Positions 19,718-31,792 of a stretch of 64,000 bases of DNA are shown piece after piece. The translations under genes and the position numbers were made by a program. This DNA is from Escherichia phage UGJNEcP1: the sequence record OV754623; one strand, written 5' to 3'. A model generated the notes under the pieces. That model worked only from the letters and a program-made list of their open reading frames with translations, was not told the DNA's origin and made no database searches. Every line of letters starts with the position of its first letter. Position 1 is the stretch's first letter.

Positions 19718-20709
19718 TATTGAACCTTATTAATATAAGTTAACAGCTCTTTAGTTTGTTCCCAACTGATGCACGCATCGGTAACGGAAACGCCATAGGA
19801 CATATTATCAGAAATTTTTTGATTTCCTTCATGTAGGAATGATTCTATCATAATTCCTTTGACCAAATCATTAGCTGCTAAATTTTTACCAATACCAATT
19901 TGATTGCTATAATGCCCATCAGCGTTTGCATGGCTACAGTCAACCATTACATAATGATTCAGACCTACTGCCCTTGCTTTGTTAGAAGCTTCTTGAATAT
20001 CAGAAGAATGATAGTTCGGGCCGTTGGTCCCGCCACGCAATACGATATGCGTATTCTGATTACCTTCAGCTTCAACAATGCCTACAGTACCATCGACGTC
20101 CATACCCATATACCGATGAGGCCAGGCGGCACTATACATCGCGTCTGTAGCTACTTTAATAGAACCATTGGTTGCGTTCTTGAAGCCTACGCACATCGGT
20201 AGACCTGAAGCAATTTCACGATGTGTCTGACTTTCAGTCGTACGGGCGCCAATAGCAACCCATGAGAAAATACCAGAAAGATACTTAATCGTGAATGGGT
20301 CTAATACTTCAGTTGCTAATGGAAGTCCCATACGTAGAAGTTTACGACACAATGTTCGTGCAACTATAAGACCGTGGTTCATATCAAAACTTCCGTCAAG
20401 ATATGGATCATTTACAAGACCTTTCCAACCTACGGTAGTTCGAGGCTTTTCAAAATAAACGCGCATCACTAACAGAACATTAGGAAGACGAGTTTGAAGT
20501 TCAGCCAGACGTTTGCCGTATTCAACAGCAGCAATAGGGTCATGAATTGAACAAGGACCTACAACAATAAGTTTGCGTGGGTCTTCACCGTTCATAATCG
20601 AATTAACTTGTTCGCGATGAGAAGCCACTTGTGATGCGTAAGCTTCCGACAAAGGAATAATCTCAGCTAGTTCTTTTGGAGAAATAAGTTTTCCGACGAC
20701 AGGTAACAT
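19717..20709 (-). CDS. 3-deoxy-D-arabino-heptulosonate-7-phosphate (DAHP) synthase, class I (AroG/AroF/AroH type)
   Basis: 330 aa; GPCSIHDP, MRVYFEKPRTTVGWKGL, AIGARTTESQTHRE; putative metal ligands Cys (GPCS), His (CSHAN), Glu (IESFLHEG), Asp (TDACI), matching E. coli AroG as recalled. Confidence 0.85.
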   Translation of the reverse strand: MLPVVGKLISPKELAEIIPLSEAYASQVASHREQVNSIMNGEDPRKLIVVGPCSIHDPIAAVEYGKRLAELQTRLPNVLLVMRVYFEKPRTTVGWKGLVNDPYLDGSFDMNHGLIVARTLCRKLLRMGLPLATEVLDPFTIKYLSGIFSWVAIGARTTESQTHREIASGLPMCVGFKNATNGSIKVATDAMYSAAWPHRYMGMDVDGTVGIVEAEGNQNTHIVLRGGTNGPNYHSSDIQEASNKARAVGLNHYVMVDCSHANADGHYSNQIGIGKNLAANDLVKGIMIESFLHEGNQKISDNMSYGVSVTDACISWEQTKELLTYINKVQ

Positions 20710-20829
20710 AACAATCCTTAGGAGATATAAACAGATTCTGATTCAACAATACCTTTAACCGGATTAGACAGGCTAAGTTGGTAGTGCTTAGATTTATGAC
20801 CATTCTCGATAGTAATGAGATAGCTCTCA

Positions 20830-21066
20830 TTATAGTGTTCCATATACTCGAGTTGCTTCAACAAGACCATCACTGCCTAATTTAAGATTAGTAATTTGGT
20901 CACCATCTTTAGGATTAACGATTATGAGAAAAGAACGTGGAGATTCTTGAATAACTCGTAATGTTGCATCTTGGAAACGTTCAGACACTTTATTGATGAG
21001 TGCTTGAGCAAATTCTTTTACTTTAATCTGAAATTCGTGTACTGTAATTGGGTTTTCACTTAGCAT
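20830..21066 (-). CDS. hypothetical protein
   Basis: ORF track; early-type promoter and GAGGAAA SD upstream. Confidence 0.45.
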   Translation of the reverse strand: MLSENPITVHEFQIKVKEFAQALINKVSERFQDATLRVIQESPRSFLIIVNPKDGDQITNLKLGSDGLVEATRVYGTL

Positions 21067-21094
21067 TTCTATTTCCTCATTTGTTGGTAGAGTT

Positions 21095-21124
21095 ATAGTA
21101 TCACAACTCCACCATGTTGTAAAC
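21095..21124 (-). promoter_or_regulatory. T4 early-type promoter (GTTTAC-N18-TACTAT)
   Basis: Upstream of the ORF starting at 21066. Confidence 0.5.
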
Positions 21125-21126
21125 CA

Positions 21127-21402
21127 TTAAATTGCTTTGCATTCAATTTTTTGTGTACCGAAATTGATATCACACTGGATAACTAAATCACCATCAAGAT
21201 CAAATACCACTATGACGTGCGCAGACCCAGGGAGAAGAGTAATAGCAATAGAATCTACTTGGTCTGGGAGCAAAGCATTGAGTACATGAGTTAGTTGAGC
21301 ATGAACTCTGAGTTCGGCTGCATTATCAAGCACTTCAAACATATTATTAGCAATAATCTGACTGAAGACTACCTTTACAATTTCAGAATAAGTTGGGAAC
21401 AT
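21127..21402 (-). CDS. hypothetical protein
   Basis: ORF track. Confidence 0.45.
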   Translation of the reverse strand: MFPTYSEIVKVVFSQIIANNMFEVLDNAAELRVHAQLTHVLNALLPDQVDSIAITLLPGSAHVIVVFDLDGDLVIQCDINFGTQKIECKAI

Positions 21403-21409
21403 AATTACC

Positions 21410-21634
21410 TCAGTGTACAGTATTTACTTTAACTCGAACAACAAATCGCTCGGTCGGTTCACCTACAGGAACAAACTCTACATGATATTCGCCTTTGTAA
21501 CGAGTATTCAGATCATTACGAATTCCTGCGAGTTTGTTTATTAATGTAGGACTCATATTAAGTCCCACTAGTTCACGAAGCATTTTGTATGCTTCATCTT
21601 CGATTTCATGATGTTTATCGTACATAGTTTTCAT
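21410..21634 (-). CDS. hypothetical protein
   Basis: ORF track. Confidence 0.45.
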   Translation of the reverse strand: MKTMYDKHHEIEDEAYKMLRELVGLNMSPTLINKLAGIRNDLNTRYKGEYHVEFVPVGEPTERFVVRVKVNTVH

Positions 21635-21805
21635 TTAACCATTCAATTGCCTGGTCGACGTTATCAAATATACCGCCGTCCAAACGTTCTTCATGCTCAT
21701 AGTCCAGCACATCAATACCGAACTGTCCATTTACTAAAGGCCAGGCTACAAACAAATATTCTTTATGCTGTTCGATGGCCTCAATCACTTCATATAATCG
21801 TTTCA

Positions 21806-21806
<1 letters not shown>
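21615..21806 (-). CDS. hypothetical protein
   Basis: ORF track; directly upstream of pseT. Confidence 0.4.
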
Positions 21807-22892
<1,086 letters not shown>

Positions 22893-22893
<1 letters not shown>

Positions 22894-23192
22894 TATTTTA
22901 TTCCTAAGAAAATTTCAAGAATACGAATGTTATGCTCGCGCCGGTCTTTATTAATTTCAGCAACGTTTTTATTAATTGACGTACTTCTAACGTTTGAAGA
23001 AATAAATTTAATCATATGACTTTTGAGTTGTTGCAAATCCAACCCTTTTTCTTTAGCAGCTTTACGAAGAGCTTTACCTGCTTCATCTAGTGCCTTTGCT
23101 GCATCTTTGTCATAATTGCCAAGTGACATTCCACGACAGATATCAATATACTCATCGGACCGTTTGATGTAATTCTCTAGTAATGTTTTCAT
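22893..23192 (-). CDS. hypothetical protein
   Basis: ORF track; early-type promoter at 23221..23250. Confidence 0.5.
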
Positions 23193-23220
23193 TTAGATTT
23201 CCTCAATTATCCATAGGAGC

Positions 23221-23250
23221 ATTATACTCTGCTCCTGAGAGTTTGTAAAC
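23221..23250 (-). promoter_or_regulatory. T4 early-type promoter (GTTTAC-N18-TATAAT)
   Basis: -10 flanked by inverted repeat AGGAGCAGAG / TGCTCCT; near copy of the ndd promoter at 52148..52177. Confidence 0.55.
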
Positions 23251-23474
23251 TATTTTACTAAAGATTCAATATACTCGTGAAGAGCTTTAGTCGCTACTGC
23301 CCACTTATTCTGATATTCATTTTTCAGATTAGCACGAGACTGAACTAACAATCGGTCATTAGTCGGAGGCAAAGATTCTAATCGTTGAATCTGGCGCCCA
23401 TAAATCATAGCCGCCATTTCAGATTCATAGATAAGCCCTTTAATGTATTCATGTTGTTCTTTAGTCATTGGCAT
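23250..23474 (-). CDS. hypothetical protein
   Basis: ORF track. Confidence 0.45.
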   Translation of the reverse strand: MPMTKEQHEYIKGLIYESEMAAMIYGRQIQRLESLPPTNDRLLVQSRANLKNEYQNKWAVATKALHEYIESLVK

Positions 23475-23755
23475 TTTTCCTCTTTTAAACCACTACGATA
23501 ATAACATATCATAGTCTTCTGGTCATGTACATATCTTTTTACATCGTTTAACCAGATACGAAATTCTTGAGAGTCTTCAAACGGCATTCCAACCCACGGA
23601 TTACCATCAATAACCTTTACTTGCCATTTCTGGTTATATTCAACAATAGATTCAGGCCATGGCGGATGTAAAGTTTCTTTAGGGCTTAAGGGCACATCCT
23701 GGGCACATCCAGCCAAAATACTAATAGATAATACAACTGCGGTTAATTTAATCAT
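23465..23755 (-). CDS. pseT.2: outer-membrane spanin (o-spanin), lipoprotein
   Basis: N-terminal signal with lipobox LAGC; directly downstream of and overlapping the i-spanin candidate; position matches the T4 spanin pair. Confidence 0.6.
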   Translation of the reverse strand: MIKLTAVVLSISILAGCAQDVPLSPKETLHPPWPESIVEYNQKWQVKVIDGNPWVGMPFEDSQEFRIWLNDVKRYVHDQKTMICYYRSGLKEEKCQ

Positions 23756-24108
23756 TCTGAGAGCTTCCTGAGGTCTTCTGCAAAGGAATCGAAGGACTTG
23801 TTGATTTGTTTTTCGACCAATCCTGGTTTACTTGCCACCACGTTCTTCTTCTTCGAATCCTTACGGAGCTTTTCATTTTCAGCCTTAAGTTGGTCAACTA
23901 AAACACGATTCTTATAAGTCATTTCTTCGATTGACTGATATTGAGCTTTGAAGTCGTCTAATACTTTAGCATTGTTTTTAGCAGTCTCTTTAACAGAAGC
24001 TAATTCAGTATTCAACGAATCAACTTTGTTGTTTAAGACCACTATTGTTATCGTAGAAACTAGAGCAAAAGCTGCTACTATAGCATAAATCGGATTTACT
24101 TTAAGCAT
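23752..24108 (-). CDS. pseT.3: inner-membrane spanin (i-spanin)
   Basis: N-terminal transmembrane segment (IYAIVAAFALVSTITIVVL) followed by coiled-coil-like sequence. Confidence 0.6.
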   Translation of the reverse strand: MLKVNPIYAIVAAFALVSTITIVVLNNKVDSLNTELASVKETAKNNAKVLDDFKAQYQSIEEMTYKNRVLVDQLKAENEKLRKDSKKKNVVASKPGLVEKQINKSFDSFAEDLRKLSE

Positions 24109-24596
24109 GTTTTAATAATCTCAATGATTTCATCTCGGGATAAACCATTAATAAGAACGGTTTTCAAACCATCACACTGGATTTTGTACGATTCAAACAA
24201 TACACACAACTCTTCTGCTGTATGATACGGACTTGAAATTCCGAGGCGGTTGAATTTGTCGGTAAGAGGGTCGCAAATAATGTAGAATTTTATACCTGCG
24301 ATATGTACGTTTGGTTGACTAATATTAACGAAAACATTAGCGTCATATTTAGTCAAATTGTTTTGAAGAAATTCTACCATGGCATTAACTGCTTCTGGCA
24401 TCGCTTCGCGTTTCTCTTCAGCGTATCGGGTGGAATACTCTTTTTGTTTTACTTTCTTTTTAAGATTTTTGGCCAGTGTAACACGTAGGTCAGTAAGATA
24501 ACCAACTGGACGTCCTTTCTTAAAGACCCGGATTCCGTCAGTTGTGTCTCCAAAAGCGGTTACGACCATATCATTAGTAATCAATTGCATATTCAT
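24096..24596 (-). CDS. alc: Alc, inhibitor of host transcription on cytosine-DNA
   Basis: 166 aa (T4 Alc 167 aa); position between the spanins and rnlA. Confidence 0.6.
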   Translation of the reverse strand: MNMQLITNDMVVTAFGDTTDGIRVFKKGRPVGYLTDLRVTLAKNLKKKVKQKEYSTRYAEEKREAMPEAVNAMVEFLQNNLTKYDANVFVNISQPNVHIAGIKFYIICDPLTDKFNRLGISSPYHTAEELCVLFESYKIQCDGLKTVLINGLSRDEIIEIIKTCLK

Positions 24597-24626
24597 AATT
24601 TTCTCCTCGTGTTATTGATAAAAGCC

Positions 24627-24656
24627 ATAGTAACACCTTCCTTGGTGTTTGTAAAC
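24627..24656 (-). promoter_or_regulatory. T4 early-type promoter (GTTTAC-N18-TACTAT) upstream of alc
   Basis: Spacer contains CCAAGGAAGG. Confidence 0.55.
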
Positions 24657-24658
24657 CA

Positions 24659-25792
<1,134 letters not shown>

Positions 25793-25809
25793 TCAGTTAG
25801 TTTTTTTAA

Positions 25810-25839
25810 ATTGTACCACAATCCTTGTGGTATGTAAAC
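25810..25839 (-). promoter_or_regulatory. T4 early-type promoter (GTTTAC-N18-TACAAT) upstream of rnlA
   Basis: Spacer palindrome CCACAAGGATTGTGG. Confidence 0.5.
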
Positions 25840-26249
25840 TACTTTTTCTTATGTTGGATATTCCAAGGCGGGTTGAACTTTTTGATAAAAAGCGGTTCTT
25901 CAAGGTCCATTGTTGCGATGGTCATTGAACCAAGTTCGTTGGTGACTGAAAGGTCAAAACATTGGCGGGCCCAGAATTCAACCTTTTTGCCTTGCATTAA
26001 GGCATCCAAAATCATAAGTGATTTTCTTGAATCTGAAGTCTGGTCTTTTCGATTTATGGCTGTTCGATAATAGTTAATGCGTTTCTTTAAATTCTTGGTT
26101 TTACCAATATACACAAGTTCGTCATCTATAGCAATAGCATATATGACATTTTTCTTATTAGGGACATCAACTGTTTTAATTGTTGCATCTTCTAATAGCT
26201 CCAATTCTGTATATTTAATAAAGGAATATTCAGCGGCGATATCTTTCAT
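25839..26249 (-). CDS. denA: endonuclease II (GIY-YIG family)
   Basis: 136 aa as T4 EndoII; VIYAIAIDDELVYIGKTKNLKKRINYY GIY-YIG motif. Confidence 0.85.
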   Translation of the reverse strand: MKDIAAEYSFIKYTELELLEDATIKTVDVPNKKNVIYAIAIDDELVYIGKTKNLKKRINYYRTAINRKDQTSDSRKSLMILDALMQGKKVEFWARQCFDLSVTNELGSMTIATMDLEEPLFIKKFNPPWNIQHKKK

Positions 26250-26257
26250 AATAAAGT

Positions 26258-26271
26258 GGGACCGAAGTCCC
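26258..26271 (-). terminator. tetraloop hairpin GGGAC-UUCG-GUCCC between nrdB and denA
   Basis: Lies between an AAGGA SD-like sequence and the denA AUG. Confidence 0.35.
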
Positions 26272-26275
26272 GTCC

Positions 26276-27451
26276 TTAGAAATATTTTTTGTATGAATTG
26301 ATTACATTTTGGTCTACATCATTATCAATTTGTGCGACAAGATAAGAACTGATTTCAACTTCCTGAGGAGCTGCTTGAACTAAATCGGAGTTCAGATATT
26401 CACGAATCCAAGGATATGGATGCTTGGTCGGAGCATCAGTGATTGGGCATGGCAAACCACACTGTTTCATACGAGACACAGTCAAGTAATCAACAAAAGC
26501 ACACATACTCTGCGTATTGATACCTGGACATGTACCGTCTTTAAAGAGGTGTGCAGCCCATTCCTTCTCTTGTCTATTTACTTCCATAAAAATGTCAACT
26601 GCTTCTTGTTCACATTCTTTAGCAATTTGAACCCACTCATCACCATCAGTACCAGATTGAAGTTGACGGATAATATACTGAGTACCCTTGAGGTGGAGTT
26701 GTTCGTCACGAGCAATGAACTTCATAATCTTTGCATTACCTTCCATAATTTCCATATTTTTATGGAAGTTGAAAGTACATGCAAATGATACGTAAAAACG
26801 AATAGCTTCTAAGGCGTTGATAACATGCAAACAGAGATAAAGAGACTTCATTAAATCACGCTTGGCGTTAAACATTATTTCTTCGTACATCTCAATATCA
26901 TTCTGCTGGCATGAGCCTATTGAACACTCGTAAACTTCCTTAGCATTTTCCCAATGACGAGTCTTGACTAGAACATCATCGTAATATTTACCTATTGATT
27001 CAGCTCGTTTCATGATTGCTTCGTCTAATACAATTTCATCAAATACCTTAGATGGGTCAGTATAAAGATTTCGCATGATATGAGTATATGAACGACTGTG
27101 AATAGTTTCACTGAATGTCCATGTTGCAACCCACGTATCTAATGAAGGGTCAGAAATCAGTGCCATAAGTACCGCAGATGGGGCCCTGCCTTGGATAGAA
27201 TCTAATAATGATTGATACTTAAGATTGTTTGTAAAGATGTCCTGTTGGAACTGAGGAAGCTTATTGAACTGCGCAGAGTCCAACATCAAGTTTACCTCTT
27301 CGGGGCGCCAGAAAAATGACAATTGCTTTTCGGTCAAATCTTCAAAAACTTTATGGCGTTGAATATCATAACGCGCAATACCAAGACCAGAACCAAAGAA
27401 CATCGGCTCATTCAAAACATCGACTTGTTGTGTGTTAAAAACTGTACTCAT
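26276..27451 (-). CDS. nrdB: ribonucleotide reductase class Ia beta subunit (no intron)
   Basis: 391-aa continuous ORF; di-iron/tyrosyl radical protein; resembles T4 NrdB. Confidence 0.95.
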   Translation of the reverse strand: MSTVFNTQQVDVLNEPMFFGSGLGIARYDIQRHKVFEDLTEKQLSFFWRPEEVNLMLDSAQFNKLPQFQQDIFTNNLKYQSLLDSIQGRAPSAVLMALISDPSLDTWVATWTFSETIHSRSYTHIMRNLYTDPSKVFDEIVLDEAIMKRAESIGKYYDDVLVKTRHWENAKEVYECSIGSCQQNDIEMYEEIMFNAKRDLMKSLYLCLHVINALEAIRFYVSFACTFNFHKNMEIMEGNAKIMKFIARDEQLHLKGTQYIIRQLQSGTDGDEWVQIAKECEQEAVDIFMEVNRQEKEWAAHLFKDGTCPGINTQSMCAFVDYLTVSRMKQCGLPCPITDAPTKHPYPWIREYLNSDLVQAAPQEVEISSYLVAQIDNDVDQNVINSYKKYF

Positions 27452-27505
27452 TATATTTTCTCACTTAGTTTTAACTCATCCATGAGTAAATTATAATCAA
27501 AAGAC

Positions 27506-29761
27506 TTAAAGCTTACAAGCAGAACAATCTTCAGCTTTAGGTGTTTCTAATTCATAGTCATCTGTACCCGACCCATCACGAGTGTTATGATAGTAGAGGT
27601 TTTTTCCGCCAAAGTACCAGAAGTAAAGCAGATCGTCAAGCATTACTGACATTGGCACTTTACCTTTCTCAAATATCGCAGGGTCATAGTAGGTATTAGC
27701 AGAAGCAGATTGGCACACCCATTTCAACATGATAGCAACTTGAGTCAAATAAGGTTTATTACCTTTCTTAGCAAGTTTCCACGCGTAGTCGTAAAGACTC
27801 ATGTTATGTTCTATATTAGGAACAACCTGACGGAAGTTGCCTTCTTTAGATTCTTTAATACTTACTGGACCACGTGGTGGCTCAATCCCGTTTGTAGAGT
27901 TCGATACTTGACTGCTTGACTCACAAGGCATGAGTGCAGACAACGTTGAGTTACGAATTCCATGTTCTTTGAGTTCAGCTCGAAGTTCTTCCCAGTCACA
28001 GACGTAGTTCGGGGCTGCGATTTGGTCAATCTTTTTATTGTACCAGTCGATAGGTAATTCGCCTCTAGACCATTTAGTGTCTGAATAATACTCGCAAGGT
28101 CCTTTTTCTTTGGCGAGTTTGATTGAAGCTTTGATAAGGCCATATTGCAATCTCTCAAACAATTCATGGGTCAAATCGTTAGCGTCTTCATATGAAGCAA
28201 AGTTAGAAGCTAACCATGCAGCATAGTTCGTAACACCCACGCCAAGGTTTCGACGCTTTTTAGCTTTTAAAGCTTCTGGAACCGGATAATCTTGATAGTC
28301 TAACAGGTTATCAAGTGCACGTACTTGTACTTCAGCAAGTTCATTAATTTTATCTTGGTCTTGCCAATCAAATTTATCTAATACAAAAGCAGATAATGTG
28401 CATAAACCAATTTCAGCATCAGGACCATTCACATCATTAGTTGGAATAGCGATTTCACAACATAAGTTACTCTGTCGAATTGGAGCTTTTTCGCGAATAA
28501 ATGGAGTGTAGTTATTCGTGTTATCAACAAACTGTGGATAAATTCGAGCAGTGCCAGAACGTTCAGTCATGAACAATTCAAAGAGTTCTAGTGCTTTGAT
28601 TCTTTTCTTTCTGATTGTTGGGTCTTTTTCAGCTTTCTCATAAAGCTCACGGAATTTATCTTGATCTTCAAAGAACGAGTAGTATAGTTCGCCTGACATT
28701 TCGTGAGGGCTAAATAAAGTAATATAATCATTTTTACCAAGGCGTTCCATCATAAGGTCATTAATCTGAATTCCGTAGTCCATATGTCGAATACGGTTTT
28801 CATCCACGCCTTTGTTATTTTTCAGAACTAATAGGTTCTCTACTTCTAAGTGCCACATCGGATAATACGCTGTAGCAGCACCACCACGAATACCGCCTTG
28901 AGAACAAGATTTTACTGCAGTTTGGAAATGTTTCCAGAATGGAATAACACCAGTATGTCGAACTTCACCCATACCAATCTTAGAACCTTCTGCACGAAGC
29001 ATACCAACGTTGATACCTATACCAGCTCGTTTAGAAATATATTCAATAATTGATGCTGAAGTTTTGTTAATAGATTTTAATGAATCACCGGCTTCAATAA
29101 CTACACAACTAGAGAACTGGCGAGTCGGAGTACGAGCACCTGCCATAATTGGAGTAGGCAATGAAACTTGATGAGTAGAAACAGCATCATAAAAACGAAT
29201 AATATGTTTCAAACGGTCATGAGTTTCGTCTTGATGTAAGGCCATACCAATAGCCATGATAGCAAACTGGGGAGTTTCATAAATCTTCCCAGTTGTTTTA
29301 TCTTTAACTAGATATTTTTCTTTAAGCTGCATAGCACCAGCATAAGTCAGGTCGAAATCTCGCTCGTGTTTAATCTGTGAATCAAGATAAATGATTTCTT
29401 CTGCAGAATATCTAGACAACAGCTCAGGGTCGTATTTGCCTTCATTAACACAGTAAGAAATATGGTCGATAAAAGCAGGAGGTTCAAACTGTCCATATAC
29501 ATCTTTACGAAGTGCAAACATTAATCCTTTAGCGGCAACATATTGATAATCGGGTTCTTCGACAGAAATCGAGTTAGCTGCAACTTTAATACAAATCTTC
29601 TGGATATCTTTGGTGCTCATCCCATCGACAAGATGGGTCTTAATTTCTTCGTACAATTCATATGGGTCGATTTGTGTTCCTTCACATTGCCAAGTTAAGA
29701 CTTGAATAATTTTCTGTGCATCAAAATTTTGGGATACACCACTGCTCTTAGTTACTTGCAT
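27506..29761 (-). CDS. nrdA: ribonucleotide reductase class Ia alpha subunit
   Basis: 751 aa; near-identical to T4 NrdA across long stretches as recalled. Confidence 0.95.
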   Translation of the reverse strand: MQVTKSSGVSQNFDAQKIIQVLTWQCEGTQIDPYELYEEIKTHLVDGMSTKDIQKICIKVAANSISVEEPDYQYVAAKGLMFALRKDVYGQFEPPAFIDHISYCVNEGKYDPELLSRYSAEEIIYLDSQIKHERDFDLTYAGAMQLKEKYLVKDKTTGKIYETPQFAIMAIGMALHQDETHDRLKHIIRFYDAVSTHQVSLPTPIMAGARTPTRQFSSCVVIEAGDSLKSINKTSASIIEYISKRAGIGINVGMLRAEGSKIGMGEVRHTGVIPFWKHFQTAVKSCSQGGIRGGAATAYYPMWHLEVENLLVLKNNKGVDENRIRHMDYGIQINDLMMERLGKNDYITLFSPHEMSGELYYSFFEDQDKFRELYEKAEKDPTIRKKRIKALELFELFMTERSGTARIYPQFVDNTNNYTPFIREKAPIRQSNLCCEIAIPTNDVNGPDAEIGLCTLSAFVLDKFDWQDQDKINELAEVQVRALDNLLDYQDYPVPEALKAKKRRNLGVGVTNYAAWLASNFASYEDANDLTHELFERLQYGLIKASIKLAKEKGPCEYYSDTKWSRGELPIDWYNKKIDQIAAPNYVCDWEELRAELKEHGIRNSTLSALMPCESSSQVSNSTNGIEPPRGPVSIKESKEGNFRQVVPNIEHNMSLYDYAWKLAKKGNKPYLTQVAIMLKWVCQSASANTYYDPAIFEKGKVPMSVMLDDLLYFWYFGGKNLYYHNTRDGSGTDDYELETPKAEDCSACKL

Positions 29762-29848
29762 ATATTCCTCAGTATAGGTTGATAGACATTACTCCAAACG
29801 GGATAGTATTTATCCCGTTAATTTATTACACACTTTTAAACTGAAGCG

Positions 29849-30103
29849 TTAATTATTCTTAGCAATAATTTCTTTGTATTCTTTAGGAGTCAAGACCGTA
29901 ATATCGAAATAAACCAATGGTTCTTTTTCCATACCGTAACCACCACAAAATTCACGATATTCATAAATTCGTTCATGTGAATAGCAAATGAATCGTTCAC
30001 CTTTAACTGTGATTTCACTATTTGGTGAAGGGATATCTAGTTCGGTAGGATTTTTCATTTCAAAAATTGTGGTGCCATATGAATTAATAAAACGTAAAAT
30101 CAT
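29849..30103 (-). CDS. hypothetical protein (nrdA.1 position)
   Basis: ORF track; between td and nrdA. Confidence 0.5.
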   Translation of the reverse strand: MILRFINSYGTTIFEMKNPTELDIPSPNSEITVKGERFICYSHERIYEYREFCGGYGMEKEPLVYFDITVLTPKEYKEIIAKNN

Positions 30104-30104
30104 T

Positions 30105-30965
30105 TTATACCGCCATTTTAGCTTTGATAGCTGGATGTGATTCGTAATTTTTAAGAACGAAATCAGAATGTGTCATTGTTCCGGTAACCCAGTCCATTTG
30201 GATTTTTGTAGGCCAATTCTCAAAATTACTAGGCCAATTAATTTCAAGAGAACATAACTCTTTAGGTTCACGTCGAAGAACTTCTTTGCATTGTTCTACA
30301 TGATTGCTGTAGATATGCGTGTTGCCGCCTGAGAACACTAAATCACCTGGGATAAGATTACACATCTTAGCTACAATATGAGTCAAGGCAGCGTACGAGG
30401 CAATGTTGAATGGCAAGCCCAAGAAAACATCTACACTGCGTTGATACCATTGTAAATCAAGATGCCCATTACGCACATTAAATTGATAGAACATATGACA
30501 AGGAGGAAGAGCCATTTGGTCAATTTCGGCAGGGTTCCATGCAGAAACTATTTGACGACGGTCAGTTGGTAATTTTTTAATACGGTTGATTGTTTCAACT
30601 AATTGGTCTACACCACCGAAATCACGCCATTGCTTACCATAAATAGGACCAAGTTCGCCACTATGATATCCAAGGTCTTTTGCCTGATTTTCATAGTTGT
30701 CGTCCCAAATAGTTTTGCCTTCAATTAGACTACCATGAGTGCGAATACGCAAATCATTAACATTGGTAGAACCAGACATGAACCACAGTAGTTCGGCAAT
30801 ACAAGCTTTCCATGCTAATTTCTTAGTTGTTACTGCAGGGAATCCTTTAGTAAGGTCCCATCGCAATTTAGTTCCGAACAGGGCAATAGTGCCGGTACCT
30901 GTACGGTCGTCTGTTTCGTAGCCATTTTCTAAGATATCTTTAATCAGGTATTGGTATTGTTTCAT
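30105..30965 (-). CDS. td: thymidylate synthase (no intron)
   Basis: 286 aa continuous, same length as spliced T4 TS; active-site motif ALPPCH. Confidence 0.95.
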   Translation of the reverse strand: MKQYQYLIKDILENGYETDDRTGTGTIALFGTKLRWDLTKGFPAVTTKKLAWKACIAELLWFMSGSTNVNDLRIRTHGSLIEGKTIWDDNYENQAKDLGYHSGELGPIYGKQWRDFGGVDQLVETINRIKKLPTDRRQIVSAWNPAEIDQMALPPCHMFYQFNVRNGHLDLQWYQRSVDVFLGLPFNIASYAALTHIVAKMCNLIPGDLVFSGGNTHIYSNHVEQCKEVLRREPKELCSLEINWPSNFENWPTKIQMDWVTGTMTHSDFVLKNYESHPAIKAKMAV

Positions 30966-31549
30966 TTATAAACGCTCTCAGTAATTTCGGTGAGTTCATC
31001 AATTCTGTAGTAATGAGATTCTACCATAGAACGTTGAAGCATAATATCCTGGACGAAATCTTTATCAAGTTGAACATCAGAATTAACACGACATTTCTTA
31101 ATGATTTTAGTCATCACGATTTCATCGGCATAAGGCAGTGCTTGTTTAAGTAGAGCAGGACCGCCAATAACAGATACATCAACATGTTCAGTAGAAAGTT
31201 TAAACGGTACATCAGTTGCAGGGCTAAACAGGTTAATTTCACCACCTGTTACCAAGGTAATAAATTCAGATTGGGTGATATAGAACCGTGCAAGTTCATC
31301 AGTTTTAGTCCTAGGCAGTTTTCTGGCCATATCAGTGACAACCACATGAGTACGATCTGGGAGTAAACGAGGTAATGATGCAAAAGTCTTAGCACCCATA
31401 ACCATTACAGTGTTTTTAGTGCGAGCAACAAAGTTACTCATATCTTGTTTGATATGCTTCCATGGAAGTCCATCACCTAATCCAAAAGCATATTCCAGTT
31501 TATCATCAACTGTTTTAGACGGGGCACATGCGAATACTAATTTAAGCAT
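30962..31549 (-). CDS. frd: dihydrofolate reductase
   Basis: 195 aa; resembles T4 DHFR (GLGDGLPW); ATGA overlap with td. Confidence 0.9.
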   Translation of the reverse strand: MLKLVFACAPSKTVDDKLEYAFGLGDGLPWKHIKQDMSNFVARTKNTVMVMGAKTFASLPRLLPDRTHVVVTDMARKLPRTKTDELARFYITQSEFITLVTGGEINLFSPATDVPFKLSTEHVDVSVIGGPALLKQALPYADEIVMTKIIKKCRVNSDVQLDKDFVQDIMLQRSMVESHYYRIDELTEITESVYK

Positions 31550-31790
31550 TTTTAAGTCCTTTAATAACTTTTTGGATTTGTGATTTAGATGAAACTAGTT
31601 CTGTCTGAATTTCAAAACCGTCAGTTTGGTCAAATGTTGTAACACAAACACGAGGTTTTGTTGTGTATCGCCCAGACAAATCAAATGCGTCACCAATGAA
31701 TTCGGCCAAATCCGGATGGTCTAAATTAACTGAAGTATAAACTTCATATCCGACATCAGCGCCTTGAGAGTATTCAACAACAACATTCAT
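31542..31790 (-). CDS. hypothetical protein (frd.1 position)
   Basis: ORF track. Confidence 0.5.
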   Translation of the reverse strand: MNVVVEYSQGADVGYEVYTSVNLDHPDLAEFIGDAFDLSGRYTTKPRVCVTTFDQTDGFEIQTELVSSKSQIQKVIKGLKNA

Positions 31791-31792
31791 AA

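Noticed and set aside
26276-30965. Group I introns or intron-encoded endonucleases in td, nrdB and nrdA
   Set aside because: All three ORFs are continuous and full length, with no interrupting sequence.
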